A DNA stretch of 64,000 bases from Camelus dromedarius (taxonomy: Eukaryota): positions 46,874,001 through 46,938,000 of the forward strand of contig NC_087436.1 of assembly GCF_036321535.1 (NCBI RefSeq). The letters are read 5' to 3'. How positions within the stretch are numbered: the stretch's first letter is position 1; every line of letters starts with the position of its first letter. The notes beneath the pieces were generated by a model. It searched no databases, was not told the DNA's origin, and saw only the letters and a list, made by a program, of their open reading frames with translations. Positions 1 through 12,470 of this stretch are shown piece by piece. The position numbers were made by a program, and so were the translations under genes.

Positions 1-544
1 ACGTGCAGGCTGCCAGGTGACCCTGCAGACACAACTTGTTACAAAGAAAATTTCCAGACCTCTGGGGAAATGGCCACACGGCAGTGTGTTCTCCTTGTTG
101 CTGTGTACCAGCTTGGTTAGGACTTGGGTTTAACACACAAAGCAATCATTTAGATCAACAGTTTAATGTGATTTACCTGAATATTTAAATATATTATTTC
201 CACTAGGGGCGCTTATTGTCTCCAACGGAAAATCTAAAGCAGAATCAAATAGGAAGCTTGTTAAATCCTCATAGTGAACCTACTGGTTGTGCTACCTCTA
301 ATTCTGGGTCTCAGACACAAAATCTACTTGCTGGGCATGTAAGTGAACAAGCCAGCTAACTCCTAGACTGCATAGTAGGAAATCAGTCTAGAAATATGAG
401 AACACCAATTTGGAGTTTTGCCCCACCTCATATTATAAGAATCTCAAAGTTGCGCTATGAATGTTTTAAAGGTCCGCGTATGAGTGTTTGGCTAGACCAG
501 CTTGTTCACAGCGATACCTTCACAGCCTTGCATAGCATATGGAA

Positions 545-1106
545 AACAGTAGGTTAAAGCAGAATTGAGTTGCTTCCCCGAATGCATTTCTCCCCCATTG
601 AGTAGAGGCTGTGTAGTTTGTATGGGATTGTCTATCTCTTCTCCAACCCCAGGGGTGGACCCTAAATAGCCTAGACCAATCAGTGTAATCCCAGTTCCCT
701 ATGGGATTACACACAATGTAAGTGATGTGTGTAATCATTGTAAGCCACAATGATCAGTCTAAAGAAGGCACATGACCCAAGTTGGTCCAATAGGAGTGAC
801 ACCCAGACCTTTGCTGATTAGGAGAGAAATTGTTTCTCACTCTAGAGCGGAGTGCAGATATGTACACAGCCTGTTTGAAGTAAAGAGCCATTTTTCTACT
901 AGGAGAAACACTAGCCTGAGGATAAAGGCAGTACCCAGAGGAGAGACAGGGCTGAGAGAAGTTTAAAGAAACAGAGCCCTGATTCTGTCATTCTGAAGCT
1001 TGAAATAACCCTGAATTTTTCCAGTTACGTAATCCAACAAATTATGTTTATTGCTTAAGCCACCTTGAACTTCAGTTATTTGCAATCGAAAGCTTCCAAA
1101 TTAACA
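545..1106 (+). mobile_element. MaLR solo LTR (MLT1K/J/L-like), decayed
   Basis: Internal motifs 'gcctagaccaatcag' and 'catgacccaagttggtccaatag'; MLT1-type 3' end 'ttgcttaagccac...ttatttgcaatcgaaagcttccaaattaaca'. Subfamily from recall; start approximate. Confidence 0.7.
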
Positions 1107-1218
1107 AAGAATCACTCAATAAATATTTGTTGAATGATTGCACAGTTACATATATTATCATTTAGTCCACATAAAAATGTAACATTATTAATTACCATTC
1201 TGTTACTAAACTTTCTAT

Positions 1219-1297
1219 TATCAGCAAGCTCTAGATACATGCTCAGGACTATACTTCAATTAAAAAAATATACATGTATATATCAGCAAGCTCTAGA
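1219..1297 (+). mobile_element. Extremely 5'-truncated L1 3' tip flanked by a 17-bp direct repeat (TSD-like)
   Basis: TATCAGCAAGCTCTAGA at 1219-1235 and 1281-1297. The 45-bp insert holds 'actatacttcaat' plus an A tract, matching the L1 terminus at ~60825. Confidence 0.55.
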
Positions 1298-1599
1298 AAT
1301 GATCTGAAAATTGTAAAGTATTGTATTTTCCATCAATGGTAATAGACCATTGCCTGGAGAGTTAATGGACAGAAGAAGATGCTATCAATTCCTGAAAGAT
1401 TATTGTATATTTCCATAGAAATAAAACACATCACATGTACTCACTACACAAATATGAAGTGAAGCACAGGGTTTTAAATTAAGGTAAAGTCTTATAAACA
1501 AGTCCCCTAATGTTCACCACGAGGAAGACAAGAACATCTCAAAACAGTGATGAGTTTGTTCTAGGCCATCCATCTTCTCACTCGGTCTTCCAATGGCAA

Positions 1600-1825
1600 A
1601 GGGCCACAGCCACCAGGCAGCTCTAAGCCCTCTCAAGACCATATCTATGTGAAGCTAATTGGTCCTCCCATCGATCCTGGAGTGTGAGCTCTAAGAGGGC
1701 AGGAACCTGACTTACTCTCCACTGTGTCCCCACACCTAGTATGTGACACATGGGATGTGTCTGCATGTGATCAGTTCATGACACACAGTAGGTTCTCAAT
1801 CATTATTTGTTGAGTAAATGAATGA
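1600..1825 (+). mobile_element. L2 LINE 3' end
   Basis: 'tgtgagctctaagagggcaggaacc...cacagtaggttctcaatcattatttgttgagtaaatgaatga' is the L2 3' terminus pattern. Confidence 0.75.
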
Positions 1826-2109
1826 CGGTTTATGACTTGGGTCTCACTTGCCCTCAGCTTATCCTGAGCTTCATATAAGAAGGAGGAGGAAGTGAAAGAC
1901 ATTATTTAGTTAATTTGGGTTTCCCCCCAAGCTGTGCTTTGATCATTTTGACATTTATCAGGTTCCTGCATCCATCTAAACACTCTTCAAGATACCCTCA
2001 CACACCCTCCAGGCATTTTTCTCAACAGAAAATACAGAGTTTGCCTGTCGGGAGAGAAACTGGTGAGTCTTTAACTTAAAGAAGAGGATGTGAGTGACCC
2101 ATTTTTGCT

Positions 2110-2480
2110 GATTGTGAGATCTCAGGAAAGTCACTTTACCTCTCTGGGTTTCATTTTCTTCATCCCTAAGAGAAGAGAGCTGAACTATTATGAGTAGCTT
2201 TTTGAGCTGTGTTTTAGAGAGCCCAAGGTATTTTGTAGAGCCAGAAGAGAGAGGGGTGAGGCCAGAGCCCAGAGTCCTCCACTCCCACATAAGCTAAGAG
2301 GGTTCTGAGGCTGACTGCCTGGGTTCTAGTCACAGCCCTCCTATTTCCCAGCTACATGATCTCGGCCAAGTTACCTTACTTTTATGTGCCTCAGTTTCCC
2401 CATCCATAAATAGAGATGATAATAATATTTCTTTATAGGGTGTTATGAGGATTAAATTAATGAATATATAAAATGCACTA
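2110..2480 (+). mobile_element. Two MIR-family SINE fragments (~2110-2200 and ~2290-2480)
   Basis: MIR core 'gtgcctcagtttccccatccataaatagagatgataataata...gttatgaggattaaattaatgaatatataaa'. Confidence 0.8.
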
Positions 2481-2609
2481 CATGAAAAATGTATACATTT
2501 TAAAGATTATTATCTGTTCTATATATTGGGGTTCCCATAATGTTTAGACTTCAAGGGTTTAAAGGTCTTCTGCTGCTGCTGAAAAAAAAAACTTATTTAA
2601 AAAAAACAC

Positions 2610-2960
2610 TTGGGGTCTTTAATTAGGATGTATAGGGACTACTAATTACAAAGGATCCGGTAGACTGACATTAACCTCTGCAGCCACTGCCCCACCGTTG
2701 TCATTAACAGCACACCTCCCGCCGCCAACCAGACTCTCCCCAGTGTGTTTAACTCAGCACAATGGGCCGCCGCCACTCGGGCGGGCGAGCTTGCTTTTTC
2801 TCCCGAGATTATTCTGCAGTTCCATTCAAATGGCCTCTGCGTCGCTGGGCGGCTGCCGCCCGGTGCCAGACAGAGAAGGGCTCCGTGGCTAATCGCCCGC
2901 GTTCCTGTGAAGACTGAAGGAAAAGATAAATTTCCTTAACAGTCAACATTTCAAGGGAAG
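2610..2960. promoter_or_regulatory. Candidate enhancer / conserved non-coding element, CpG-retaining
   Basis: Repeat-free; about 18 CpGs in 2695-2901; TAAT homeobox cores, SOX-like ACAAT/ACAAAG, TGACA/TGTCA and AGATAA motifs. Conservation not verified. Confidence 0.5.
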
Positions 2961-4223
2961 GCATTTTTCTGAACAGAAAATGGTGAATATCTGAAAAGAC
3001 TGAAACCTCAGGCAGTTTAAAATTTGCAAGGAAGGGGGAGCGCCTGGCAGTTGACTGCTTTAAAATTCCTTTTCCGAAGATGAATTTAAATGATGAATTT
3101 AAATAAAACTTGAATGATTATGGTAATTAGCCACACTAATAGCCCTGCTCAGAAACTCCTTTATCTGTCCTTTCACTTCCAGAATGTTGTGGACTTCAAG
3201 GCATTCCTTCTTTCCCTTACCTGGGGAAGAGGGTTTCAGCCCCTGGACATCGTGCTGGGGGACTGAGACTTCTGGACTCACCCAGTCTCGTCACTCCCTG
3301 ACCTGGGTACTGATTTCATCCTTCAGTACCCCCGTTCTCCTCGTTTGCCCCCCAAACACTGAGCTCATATCTCCTTTGCCATTGAGCTTACATATAAATT
3401 TTTTCAATATTTGTTTTCCCTCTTTCTCCTTCCCTTCTTTGGTTTCTCCCTCCCTTCTCTCTCTCTCTCCTGGAGCTCTCTCAGTATAAAGGAAAAAAGA
3501 ACTCTTGCCTATTCCTTAGGACTGAGGTTGGACAGGAGCGTCTCTGTCCCAGAAATATGCTAAGATTAATCCAATTTGCAAGGGCATGGAGGAGCTGTAA
3601 ATATTTATGGGCAACAGAGAAGAAATTGACCCAAGCACACAAAGTAAAGGAACCGGGCAGAGGAACGGCCAAACCCCAGTGACCCTAGATGTCGCTCCCT
3701 GGGCGCCAGGTGCAATTAGCCTTCAGTGCCTCCCTCCTGGGGTGGGAAGTGGCGGGAGGGTGGGAAGTCTACCCCAGCCATCATACCTTTCCTCTACCCC
3801 TGGCCCATATCTAACTTCCAGCCTGATGGAGGTTTTAGGGACCAATTTAGTAGTCAGAAACTTCCTACACCTCCAGTCTGCCTATTCCTGGCGTGGATGA
3901 CTGACGTACACTTCTGGGAGACGGGAAATACATGTTCACTCTCTGCTTCCCCCACCTCCATTCTCTAAATCTGTTGGAAAATATCAAGGGATCCATAGCT
4001 TTTTCCACACTTGCACCCAAGCACATGTGAGTTGTTTCAAGGCCTAGGGTTTAAGAGTGGAAACGTCAAATCCACAGGAGAGTTTCTCGAATATTCTCCT
4101 TACAATGTAGACAGAATAATTTAGAAAGAAATACACTGGTAACTAGATGATTTATTACTAGAAATTTATTATTACAGAGGAAAACTTTCACCGAGTGGTC
4201 ACCACCCTTTCTTACATTCTGCC

Positions 4224-5183
4224 AGGAATGGAGAACTCATTATGACTGAAGGCAACTCAATCATGTTGGCCCAGGTTTTTTCATTAGAAACATGTTTTGA
4301 ACAAATGAGTATCTTCTTCACAATTGCATGTATCTGTCGATCGTTCTCTCAGGGTTTTACACAAGTCACCACAGATCGCTGCTTTTTAGCTGGTTTTGCT
4401 TTTTCATTTGTTCATGTCTGCCCTGGACTCTAACTCCTCTTCTTTTGTAATTTTTCTCCGTTTTGTGAGTTTTCGAGGGAGGTGGGGACCTACTTCCCAT
4501 CACAGAAGCTGAAGAGAACTGGGCATTCCCTCTACTCATCTGCACACAGCCAGCGCACAGTCATGTAGCCAACCGGAAGCGCTGAGTGGGATTTTTCATA
4601 TAAGAGAGGTGGGGAGAGGCAGGAACAGTCCAAGACTATCTGTGGAAGAGAGAAGGGCCACTGTGGCAGCAGCGGCCACAGTGAGGAGTGGAGGTGGTGC
4701 CAGCGCGACACCCTGGCTAGATGGTTCTTGTGGTGTAACCACGGCTCTGCCCTCTGCTGCCAGCCTCACCTGGCTCTTGAGTGTTTCCCCCACCAGACTC
4801 ACCAGTCTTCTGATGATGGTACAAGTCAATAACCTTCCAACAAATTCCTTTTTTGATGAAGTTAGCCAGAGTCTGTTTCTGTTGTTAGCAACTATGAGCC
4901 CTGACTGATACATTCTCTTCTAAGCCTCTGTACCTCCTCCAACACTTTTCCAGATGGTTCAGTTTCCTGTCACCTCACCATCATCGCTCACCTGCCAATG
5001 TGCACCCTGATGAAGCAGGATCAGCAGGGCTATATACTCTCTAGATCTAGCTAGGATACTTCTGGTAATACTAATGTTCTCTAGGATTTGTAGCCACATC
5101 ACTCTGTTGACATATAATGAGTCAAAGAAAATTCCCACTTCTTTTTCTACATATTATAATTAAGCCATACCTCCCTCATTCCA

Positions 5184-5185
<2 letters not shown>
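4224..5185 (-). mobile_element. L3/CR1 LINE fossil interrupted by an LTR (4446-4912)
   Basis: 'ggagaactcattatgactgaaggcaactc...ttagaaac' and 'gatacttct...gtagccacatcactctgttgacatataatgag...tctttttctacat...ttaagccatacctccctcattcc' resemble the reverse-complemented CR1/L3 ORF2 end and 3' UTR. Confidence 0.6.
4446..4912 (+). mobile_element. ERVL-class solo LTR (LTR33-like)
   Basis: TG...CA ends; 3' end 'aacaaattccttttttgatgaagttagccagagtctgtttctgttgttagcaactatgagccctgactgataca' is typical of the LTR33 group. Start approximate. Confidence 0.65.

Positions 5186-5224
<39 letters not shown>
5186..5224. repeat. (GT)n microsatellite, about 19 units
   Basis: Uninterrupted GT run. Confidence 0.97.
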
Positions 5225-5227
<3 letters not shown>

Positions 5228-5699
5228 TCAGAAGTTCTAGTTCACTCATAGGCTCAGAAATTCTGTCATGGGGGGACCCCAAATTCTCTAATAATTAGGT
5301 TCCTGCCTTTTTTCTCTAATGAATGCGTCCAACATCACACTCCACATCCCCAGGGGTGAGTTTTTGGCCTGCCCCCTTCCCTACCTCCAACCCCTCCTCA
5401 GAGGACTGGACGGCCTGCTGCAAAGTTCATGCTCCAATGCTGAGTCTCCAAATGACACACTGACCGTCCCTCGTGAGAACCACCTGATGGCACAGCCACC
5501 ACTGCGTCACTTGCTCAGTCTCTGCTTCAAATGCAGGTGCTGCACGGCAGGCCCAGGTGGCTTTCAGCGCGATGCACACTCTTGCCCTCTCAGGCTGACT
5601 TGCTAGTTCCTCTTGCCCTTCAGGTTTCTGTCTCCAATGACTCAACCCCATATTCCAGTGCCTTTTTGTAATTGCTCTTGGACATGGGGAAGCAGAGGA

Positions 5700-5910
5700 T
5701 AACGAGGCGGCAATTACACATGCTGAGTGCTTATTCTAGCTCCCCCCATGGGGCGAGACTCCTTCCACGCTGTATCTAATTTATCTTACTCCCCAGCTCT
5801 CTTCAACAGATAAGATGGTCCCAGTCTTCCAGATCAGGCGTCTGCGTCTCAGAAAGGATAAACATCTCTCAAGTGGTGAGTCGAGAATTCAAACCCAGAC
5901 ATCCCCAAAC
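5700..5910 (-). mobile_element. MIR SINE, decayed
   Basis: 'tgctgagtgcttatt...atctaatttatctt...ctcagaaaggataaaca...gaattcaaacccagac'. Confidence 0.6.
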
Positions 5911-8892
5911 TCTCCTGGCCCAGTTCTGACACCCCTAACAGAACTGGTGTGTGAACAACAGCTTGGAGCATGGAGCCCATGAAGCAGGACGCAGTCCCTC
6001 TCTGAACCCATTTCGCCATGTCAACAGAGTGTCAGTCTTAGGGTGACACACAGTCTTCATGTCACTTCTCCCAAGAAATAGTTTTACTGCTTCCACAACC
6101 CCTCCTGTGAAGAATGGCGTCACCGCACTTGGGCAATTCTTCATCCTGGGTGTTCCTCTTCCTCTAAGGACTTCTTAACTCGGAAGGTTATTCCACCAAG
6201 ACCATGATATGCTTTGTGCCAGAGTGTCCCAGGTGCTGCCCAGAGCTTTGTGAGAGGACACGGGATCCCTCTGAGGACCAAAAACGCTAAAACAGGAACC
6301 GGTCTAACCCTCCTCTTGGCCTCACACTAGCTTAAGCTGGAAGGAACGGGGAGACCCGGGACCTGCTTGGCCAAGCCCCGGGACCCTTCTCAGACTTCTC
6401 TCCAAGAGGCCGAAGCCATTCTTAGGCACACGTGGTCTGAAAACTGAATTTCGGTCAGTCGCTTGAATCACTTCTGCAACCAAACCTTTTCTATAAAGTG
6501 CTTACAAATAGAAAAATTGGGCAGTCTGAATTTTGTTTTATTGATTCTGCCAAATAGGAAGGGAAGAATAAAGGTCTGGGTAATCCACAAACTAGAAAAT
6601 TGGTGTCTGATGAGAGCTGATGGTATCTTCTGGGAGGCAGCGCAGTGCCAACAGCACTGGCCCGGTTTTGTTTTGAAACCTCCCATCCTGGAACCACAAT
6701 TGCTACTGCTTTGGTGGCAGAAGGAAGATGTTTATCCTTCCCAAAGACCGCGGGCTTTCCAGCCCTTTATGTAATCTCCCAGGCCACCAAGGGGCCAGCC
6801 ACATGGTGTCTGCAGATGCAGAGAGAGGCCGACAGTCCTCATACCAGGAATTCCTCCACTGTCTTTCCAGCCTGAATAACAGGTCGTGTCCCTTCCTTCC
6901 AGCAGCAGAGAACCTGAGGCCCCATCGCTGACCACCAACTTCCCACCCAGGCCTGACAACAGTTTGTAACTCAGCTTACGCAGGCTCTCCTCCTGTCCCG
7001 TCTGCATTTTTGTCTGTAAGATGAGCAATTTGCTGTTGGTCGCTTGGCTCCTTTGCGAAGTTGGCTGCCGGGGCGGCTTACCCAGGGGGACAGCTGGTCA
7101 GCGAAAGCACAAGCCGATCCCCCAGCACTTGGCCGGCGCCTTGGTCCTCGCTTGGATCCTGCAAGTAGTTTTGTCACACAAACCCAGAAGCCAAGCACCA
7201 GTTCTCCCTGTGTGGTATTTGCAGCGACAGAGAAATCTACCCAAAAGGAAGAGTTTGGATGAGATGGTTGGGAGGTCTGGGCAAATGCGGTGCCCTTCTG
7301 GTCAGCCACTTTCTTTTGAAAGACTGTCTGCTTCTTTGGGTGAGATGAGCCCTGGGCATGGGGAAAAGAGGTGGCAAAAATTTGTCCTGGCTCACACTCC
7401 AGGGGTGACACCAACTCACTTGTCAGGTGATAAAGACGTGGTGAGGAAATCAAAAACCACAGCTGATGCTGCTTGCCTCAACGGCTGCGACATTATCTCA
7501 CCGCTCATTTAGAACATATGTTCGACAGCAGTGTGAGGATTCAGGGTCTCAACTGTGCTCTGAACACAGAGGGGAAGAGGTGAGAAGCACTGTGTGGGAG
7601 AGGCTCATGTGACAGATCCTCCAGAAATTCTGAGACCCGCCTTCCCTTTTTTCTTCCTCCCGATGCCGTCACCACCATCTCCACCATAAGCGAACTATTT
7701 TGTCATCAAGAAGCATAATAAACATATGTGGCCGTTCCAGCTACCTGTGTTCCACATTTGCAAAGGGGAGGTAATGCCACCTTCCTCTCCTCCGTGACCC
7801 CTCCCCCCTAGCCTCTCCGTCAAGGGGAAAAGGTGCAGACTCACACTCTTATCAAGCAGTCAAACGATTTCATGGGAAGACCACACTTTGTTCTATTCTG
7901 GCTTCCCTCACAAGGGGTGGGGTGGGGGCGGCACATCTTCAAACGCTCGCTGGCTTAAATGGTGACAGCTGCATGCAACGGGCTTGCTTACAGCCCGCCT
8001 GGTGCAATGAGAGATAACTGCAGGGTAGAACTTCAAAGACAGACCCACTGCAGCCATTCCAACAGCCTGGGGCTGCCACCTCCAGTTGGTGACTCCCTGC
8101 ATGCAACAAGTGAGCAAAGGGAAACGAAGAAATTAGACCTTTCCCATACGCATTGTGAGTTATGAGGCAAAGCGGCAAGAATGAGTCAGGAGAGGCGTTT
8201 AGGGGCTTCTGCAAAGTTCTAAGCACATTCCTCCTAGACAGAGACTTTTGTCTTAGGTAGATAGGAGAATCAACTCAACATAGCATGTTAGACTGATGCA
8301 AACTCTTATTTTTTAACAGATTGTGCATCACATTTTAAAAGATGGAAATGAGCTGAAGTTTTTATTTGGTACGTGTGTGCATTTCTCTGAGGCCACCTGA
8401 ATTACCCATCTTTGTAGAAATCACTTATTAGAAGTTGGCTCTATGTTAAAATGTCTGGTGGCCTTTGATCTTCAACTGAGGAGCCGTTATGGGAGAAACG
8501 GTCACACAGAAGATTCAAGAGATGACTTGAAATCCTTGGTTTCTTGCAATGGGTAGCACAGATGGCTGCTTAAGGAACCACATTAAAGAGCCACCGTGAA
8601 AGGTAGTTATTTCCTGTCTTCTCCATCTGGCAGGTCCTAACGTAATGCACCCAAGGAGCAGACACACTGTGACACTGTGGAGACATATGTGGCTACTGAT
8701 GCTTTTTGTAAAGATATTCATTTTTTAAATTGCCTCCCGCTGCCCCACCATCCAAATCAGTCTCCATTCCTCATTTCAGCATGTCAAAATCCTAACTGAA
8801 CATGGGAGAGTTTATATAACCTCCCAAAGCCTTGGTCTTCTCATCTGTGAAATGGGGATGAAAATATCTGATAATAAACATAATAAGTTTGT

Positions 8893-9499
8893 TTTGCTTC
8901 AGTTAGGTTGAATTGGTTTTGCAACTTAAAAGGAACCTAATTAATCAATTATGATGTATTCATATGATGGAATATACAGAATTCAAATGATGGAATTCAG
9001 CATAACCAATAATGTCTTAAGACATGGGGAAAATATCACACTGTGGTTGTTAAGTGACAAGAGCAAAAGTTTTGAAGAATAAATGAGAAAATCTGCATAA
9101 AATGATTAGTATAGTGTATCACGTGGTCTGCCCTTACAACATTTAAGTCATTATCATTTTTACTTTTTCTTTGTGCCCAGATCAAGTACCATCTCCCTTA
9201 TGAAGCTTTATCTGGTTGTTCCAGCCAGAGATGCTTTCCCCTCACAGCTCCATATTGTCACCCTGCCCTTGGCACTTATCACTGTATCCCTAAGATTACA
9301 CTAATTTTATGTCAAGTTTTATACTCCATTATAATAAATGTTTCTTCTTCTTGCTTTGCTTCAGTTAGGTTGAGCTGGCCCTGCAACTTGAAAGGGAGCC
9401 TAACTAATAAATTTATGGTATATTCATATGAGGGAACATAATATAACCAAAAATGTCTTAAGACATGGAGAAAAATGTTATATTGTAACTCTTAAGTGA
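8893..9499 (+). repeat. Diverged local direct duplication (8893-9057 vs 9355-9499) of an MLT1-end/L1ME junction
   Basis: Colinear identical blocks TTTGCTTCAGTTAGGTTGA, TGCAACTT, TATTCATATGA, AATGTCTTAAGACATGG and TTAAGTGA. Confidence 0.85.
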
Positions 9500-9720
9500 A
9501 AAAAGTGGCATGGAAAACTTAATATGGTATGTTTGCAAGTAATAAAACAGAACCCCCCCCCAATTGTGTACACACACACACACACACACGTACAGAAAAG
9601 TCACTGATAGGAAATATACCAAATAATAACAGGGCATATTGTTTTGGCACAAGTTTGAAGCTGATTTTTTTATTGCTTCTCTTCATATTTTTTTAATTTT
9701 TCCCATTTCTATTAATCAGG
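9410..9720 (+). mobile_element. Ancient L1ME 3' UTR fragment containing a (CA)n tract (9570-9589)
   Basis: 'ttatggtatattcatatg...ttaagtgaaaaaag...ggaaatataccaaa...aacaggg'. Confidence 0.6.
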
Positions 9721-9829
9721 AAAATCAAAAGGAATATGCTTTTTTTTTTGAAGGGCAAATTGTAAAATATGAATATGGGGTTAAAAAAAAATCAAAGGGT
9801 TGGGGAGAACGGCATGAGTTTCCAATTTC

Positions 9830-10140
9830 ATCTGTTCCTCCAACAAACATTTTGAGAACAAACTATTAAAAGGATGAGGCGCTGATAAATACTATAGGAG
9901 GAAACAGATTGAAGACAGGTCCTGACCTCAAGAGACTTACTATTTAGTTGGGGTGATGAGACATACAAATGGGAGTAATAATATACGGAGCCAGCAGAGG
10001 AAAACACAGATGAGTGGTTTTGGCAGCAAGGACAGCCTGGAGGAGTTGGGATGTGTCCACTGTGCTGGGCAGTGACCTCGCAGGGCTCTCCAAAGGCAAG
10101 ACAGGCTCCATCGCCCTGTAGACTCGTACTGATTAAAGGG
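9830..10140 (-). mobile_element. L2 fragment
   Basis: 'caacaaacattttgag...aagacaggtcctgacctcaagagacttactatttagttgggg...gagacata'. Confidence 0.65.
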
Positions 10141-12470
10141 GTTGGGGATGGAATGATTAAAATAAACCCACATAATCTAACATTTTTACTTAAATCATTA
10201 ATTTCAAACGTTTTCCCCACCGACTTTTTTTCCCAGAGTTGCTAGCAAGTAGCGAAATAGCTTGAGTGTGAATTCCATCAACTTTTGGTTGACTTACAGT
10301 GAAATGCAAGCAGCCAAAGGAAACAGAGAAGCAGACCTGTACATCCTCAACCAGATTTTCCTCCTCACAGACCACTGAGTTAAGCAATTTGATTTTTTAA
10401 ATGCTAAAATAGTTTCAATTCTGGGTAAATTTTACATAAATCACTTTTTTCTGTGCTGTATCTGAATAGGAAGTTTATGTGATTTTCTCAAAGCCAACAA
10501 AAGTAATTGAAATCTCTGTTTTGTGCTAGCCAAAAACTTCTACAGTTTCTGCAAAGCATCTCAGTGGAATTAAGTGTCAAGATACCCAAACTTACCTCAT
10601 ATATAAAGGTGAAAAAAACACAACAATGTTACTTTGATGGAAATTTTTATCCATGCTCAAAGTTTCTAGAATCTCTGTTCTACTAAGTAATGGAAAAGTT
10701 GATAATCTCAAATCCAGGCAAATCTAAATAGTTGGTTAACCCTTTATAACATATGCAGGAAGGGTGGTAAGAAAGAGCAATGGTATCCTAATGACCCTTT
10801 GTAAAGCAGTCAGAGGTGGTCACACAGAAGCAGAACACATTAGGCAGGTTGGTTAGAAACCTTACCTAACACAATCTACTATAGCAACTTAACCAAAGGT
10901 GACATTTGGGCCACAAATTCACTTTCAAGAAAGACAGAGGCTGCTTTGGTCAAGACCAGAACTTTCTGACACTTCCCACTAACTCTCAAGACAGAGATGT
11001 TGGCTTTCAGAAGGCTCTCCACATCAAAAAGTCTACTAAGGAAATACGTATTTCTGGGCTCAAGAGAAAACCCGACACCAATGCTGAAATGAAGACAGTG
11101 CCACCATTAGCAAGTTTTTTTTTTGTTTGTTAGTTTGTTTTTGTTTTTTTTACCAGGTTCTTAGATGCAATATTTGAAGGTGGGGACTCGACTATTCTCA
11201 TTTTCAGGTACAATCAGGGGTCAACAATGACATCTCATTGCTGACATCCCAGCGCACAGTGTCAAATGGCCTCCAAACAGACTCAGTCAATGGAGGCCAA
11301 TGCTGGTAGCAGCTGAATCCCAGCTCACAGTTCAGACCTAGTCCAGCCCTCCCCCCTTCTCTGGGGATTCCTCCAAACTTCTGTTCCAAAGACAAGGCCA
11401 GAGGCTGCCTAGCACTCAGCCAGAAGCTTGGGCAGATGCTGGAGCTGCTCAGCCCAAGAAAGCATAGATTTATGCGGCTTAATCTTATCACTTCCTTGAT
11501 TTACAGAAATGAAACTAGTGCCTCCAAGGCAGTTTTCCGAAAACATTTTTTCAAGTCATTAAAAATATGCATAATATTATCAGTTACCATTTATAGTTTC
11601 TGTATTTCTAGTAACTGGCATTGTTGTTACTTCAGGCAAGCCAGAAAAGCAGCATGCCAGGAACTGACATGGTGTGTTATGTCACCAAAACAAAAGAGCA
11701 CACGCTAAGTGTCAATTTGGCCTCTTTGTGGGTTTCCCCCTTCCTTCTGCAAGTTGTAGCTTTTGCCTTCTTTTCCACTCTCAGTGTAGGTTGAGGTGTT
11801 GAGCAATACAAGAAGCTGGACCCTCTTTCAAAGACATCTGCCTTTGGAAGCTAGCAAGTTTATCAGATGGCCACAACTTCAGCAGATACCAGAACTCCAA
11901 CCATTTCTTTTGTCTTACATCCAGTAATCTAGTGATGTTTTTAAATAATTGATATTCCTGGGAATCTTGCTTATGTGTCATATTCCTCACATGGGAGGAA
12001 AAGACGTGATCTTTTCTTGCCACAGAAGCCCTGGGTGGTCAGGGCTGCCTGAAGAAGGGGGAGACAGACTTGCTCAAGTAGCAATGAACAAACAGAAATT
12101 GATGTTAGGAGGAAACGTGAAGGAGGAGGGAGGATGGTGATAAAACTCTGAAAGACGAGGTGGCAGAAAGCCTCTCCCTTTAGTTCTCGCTCCTACCAGT
12201 CTCTTCCTCTTGACAACTGTTTCTTTTACTGATTGATTTAATGCTATTACAGACAAAATGGGAAAAGGCATTCTCTGCTGGGGCCATTTTCAGTGGTTTT
12301 CATTTCCCCCAAACCTAATATATGTTACTGCTTTTGTAAAAGAGGAGCTAGTGTTATTCTTGGGTTTGCATAGATATGTGTGGGTGATTTGTTTATACTG
12401 ATTTCTGCTCTGGGTAGATGTTGCCTGAATATAAACGAATGTGTGCATGTATCAGACACAAACAACTACC

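Noticed and set aside
6971..7512. Overlapping 160- and 163-aa ORFs on opposite strands, plus a possible 77-nt minus-strand exon (7082-7158)
   Set aside because: No recognisable domain and a weak acceptor; ORFs of this length arise by chance in moderately GC-rich DNA.
11208..11310. Plus-strand acceptor followed by an open frame (VQSGVNNDISLLTSQ...)
   Set aside because: No good donor, early stop and no recognisable homology.
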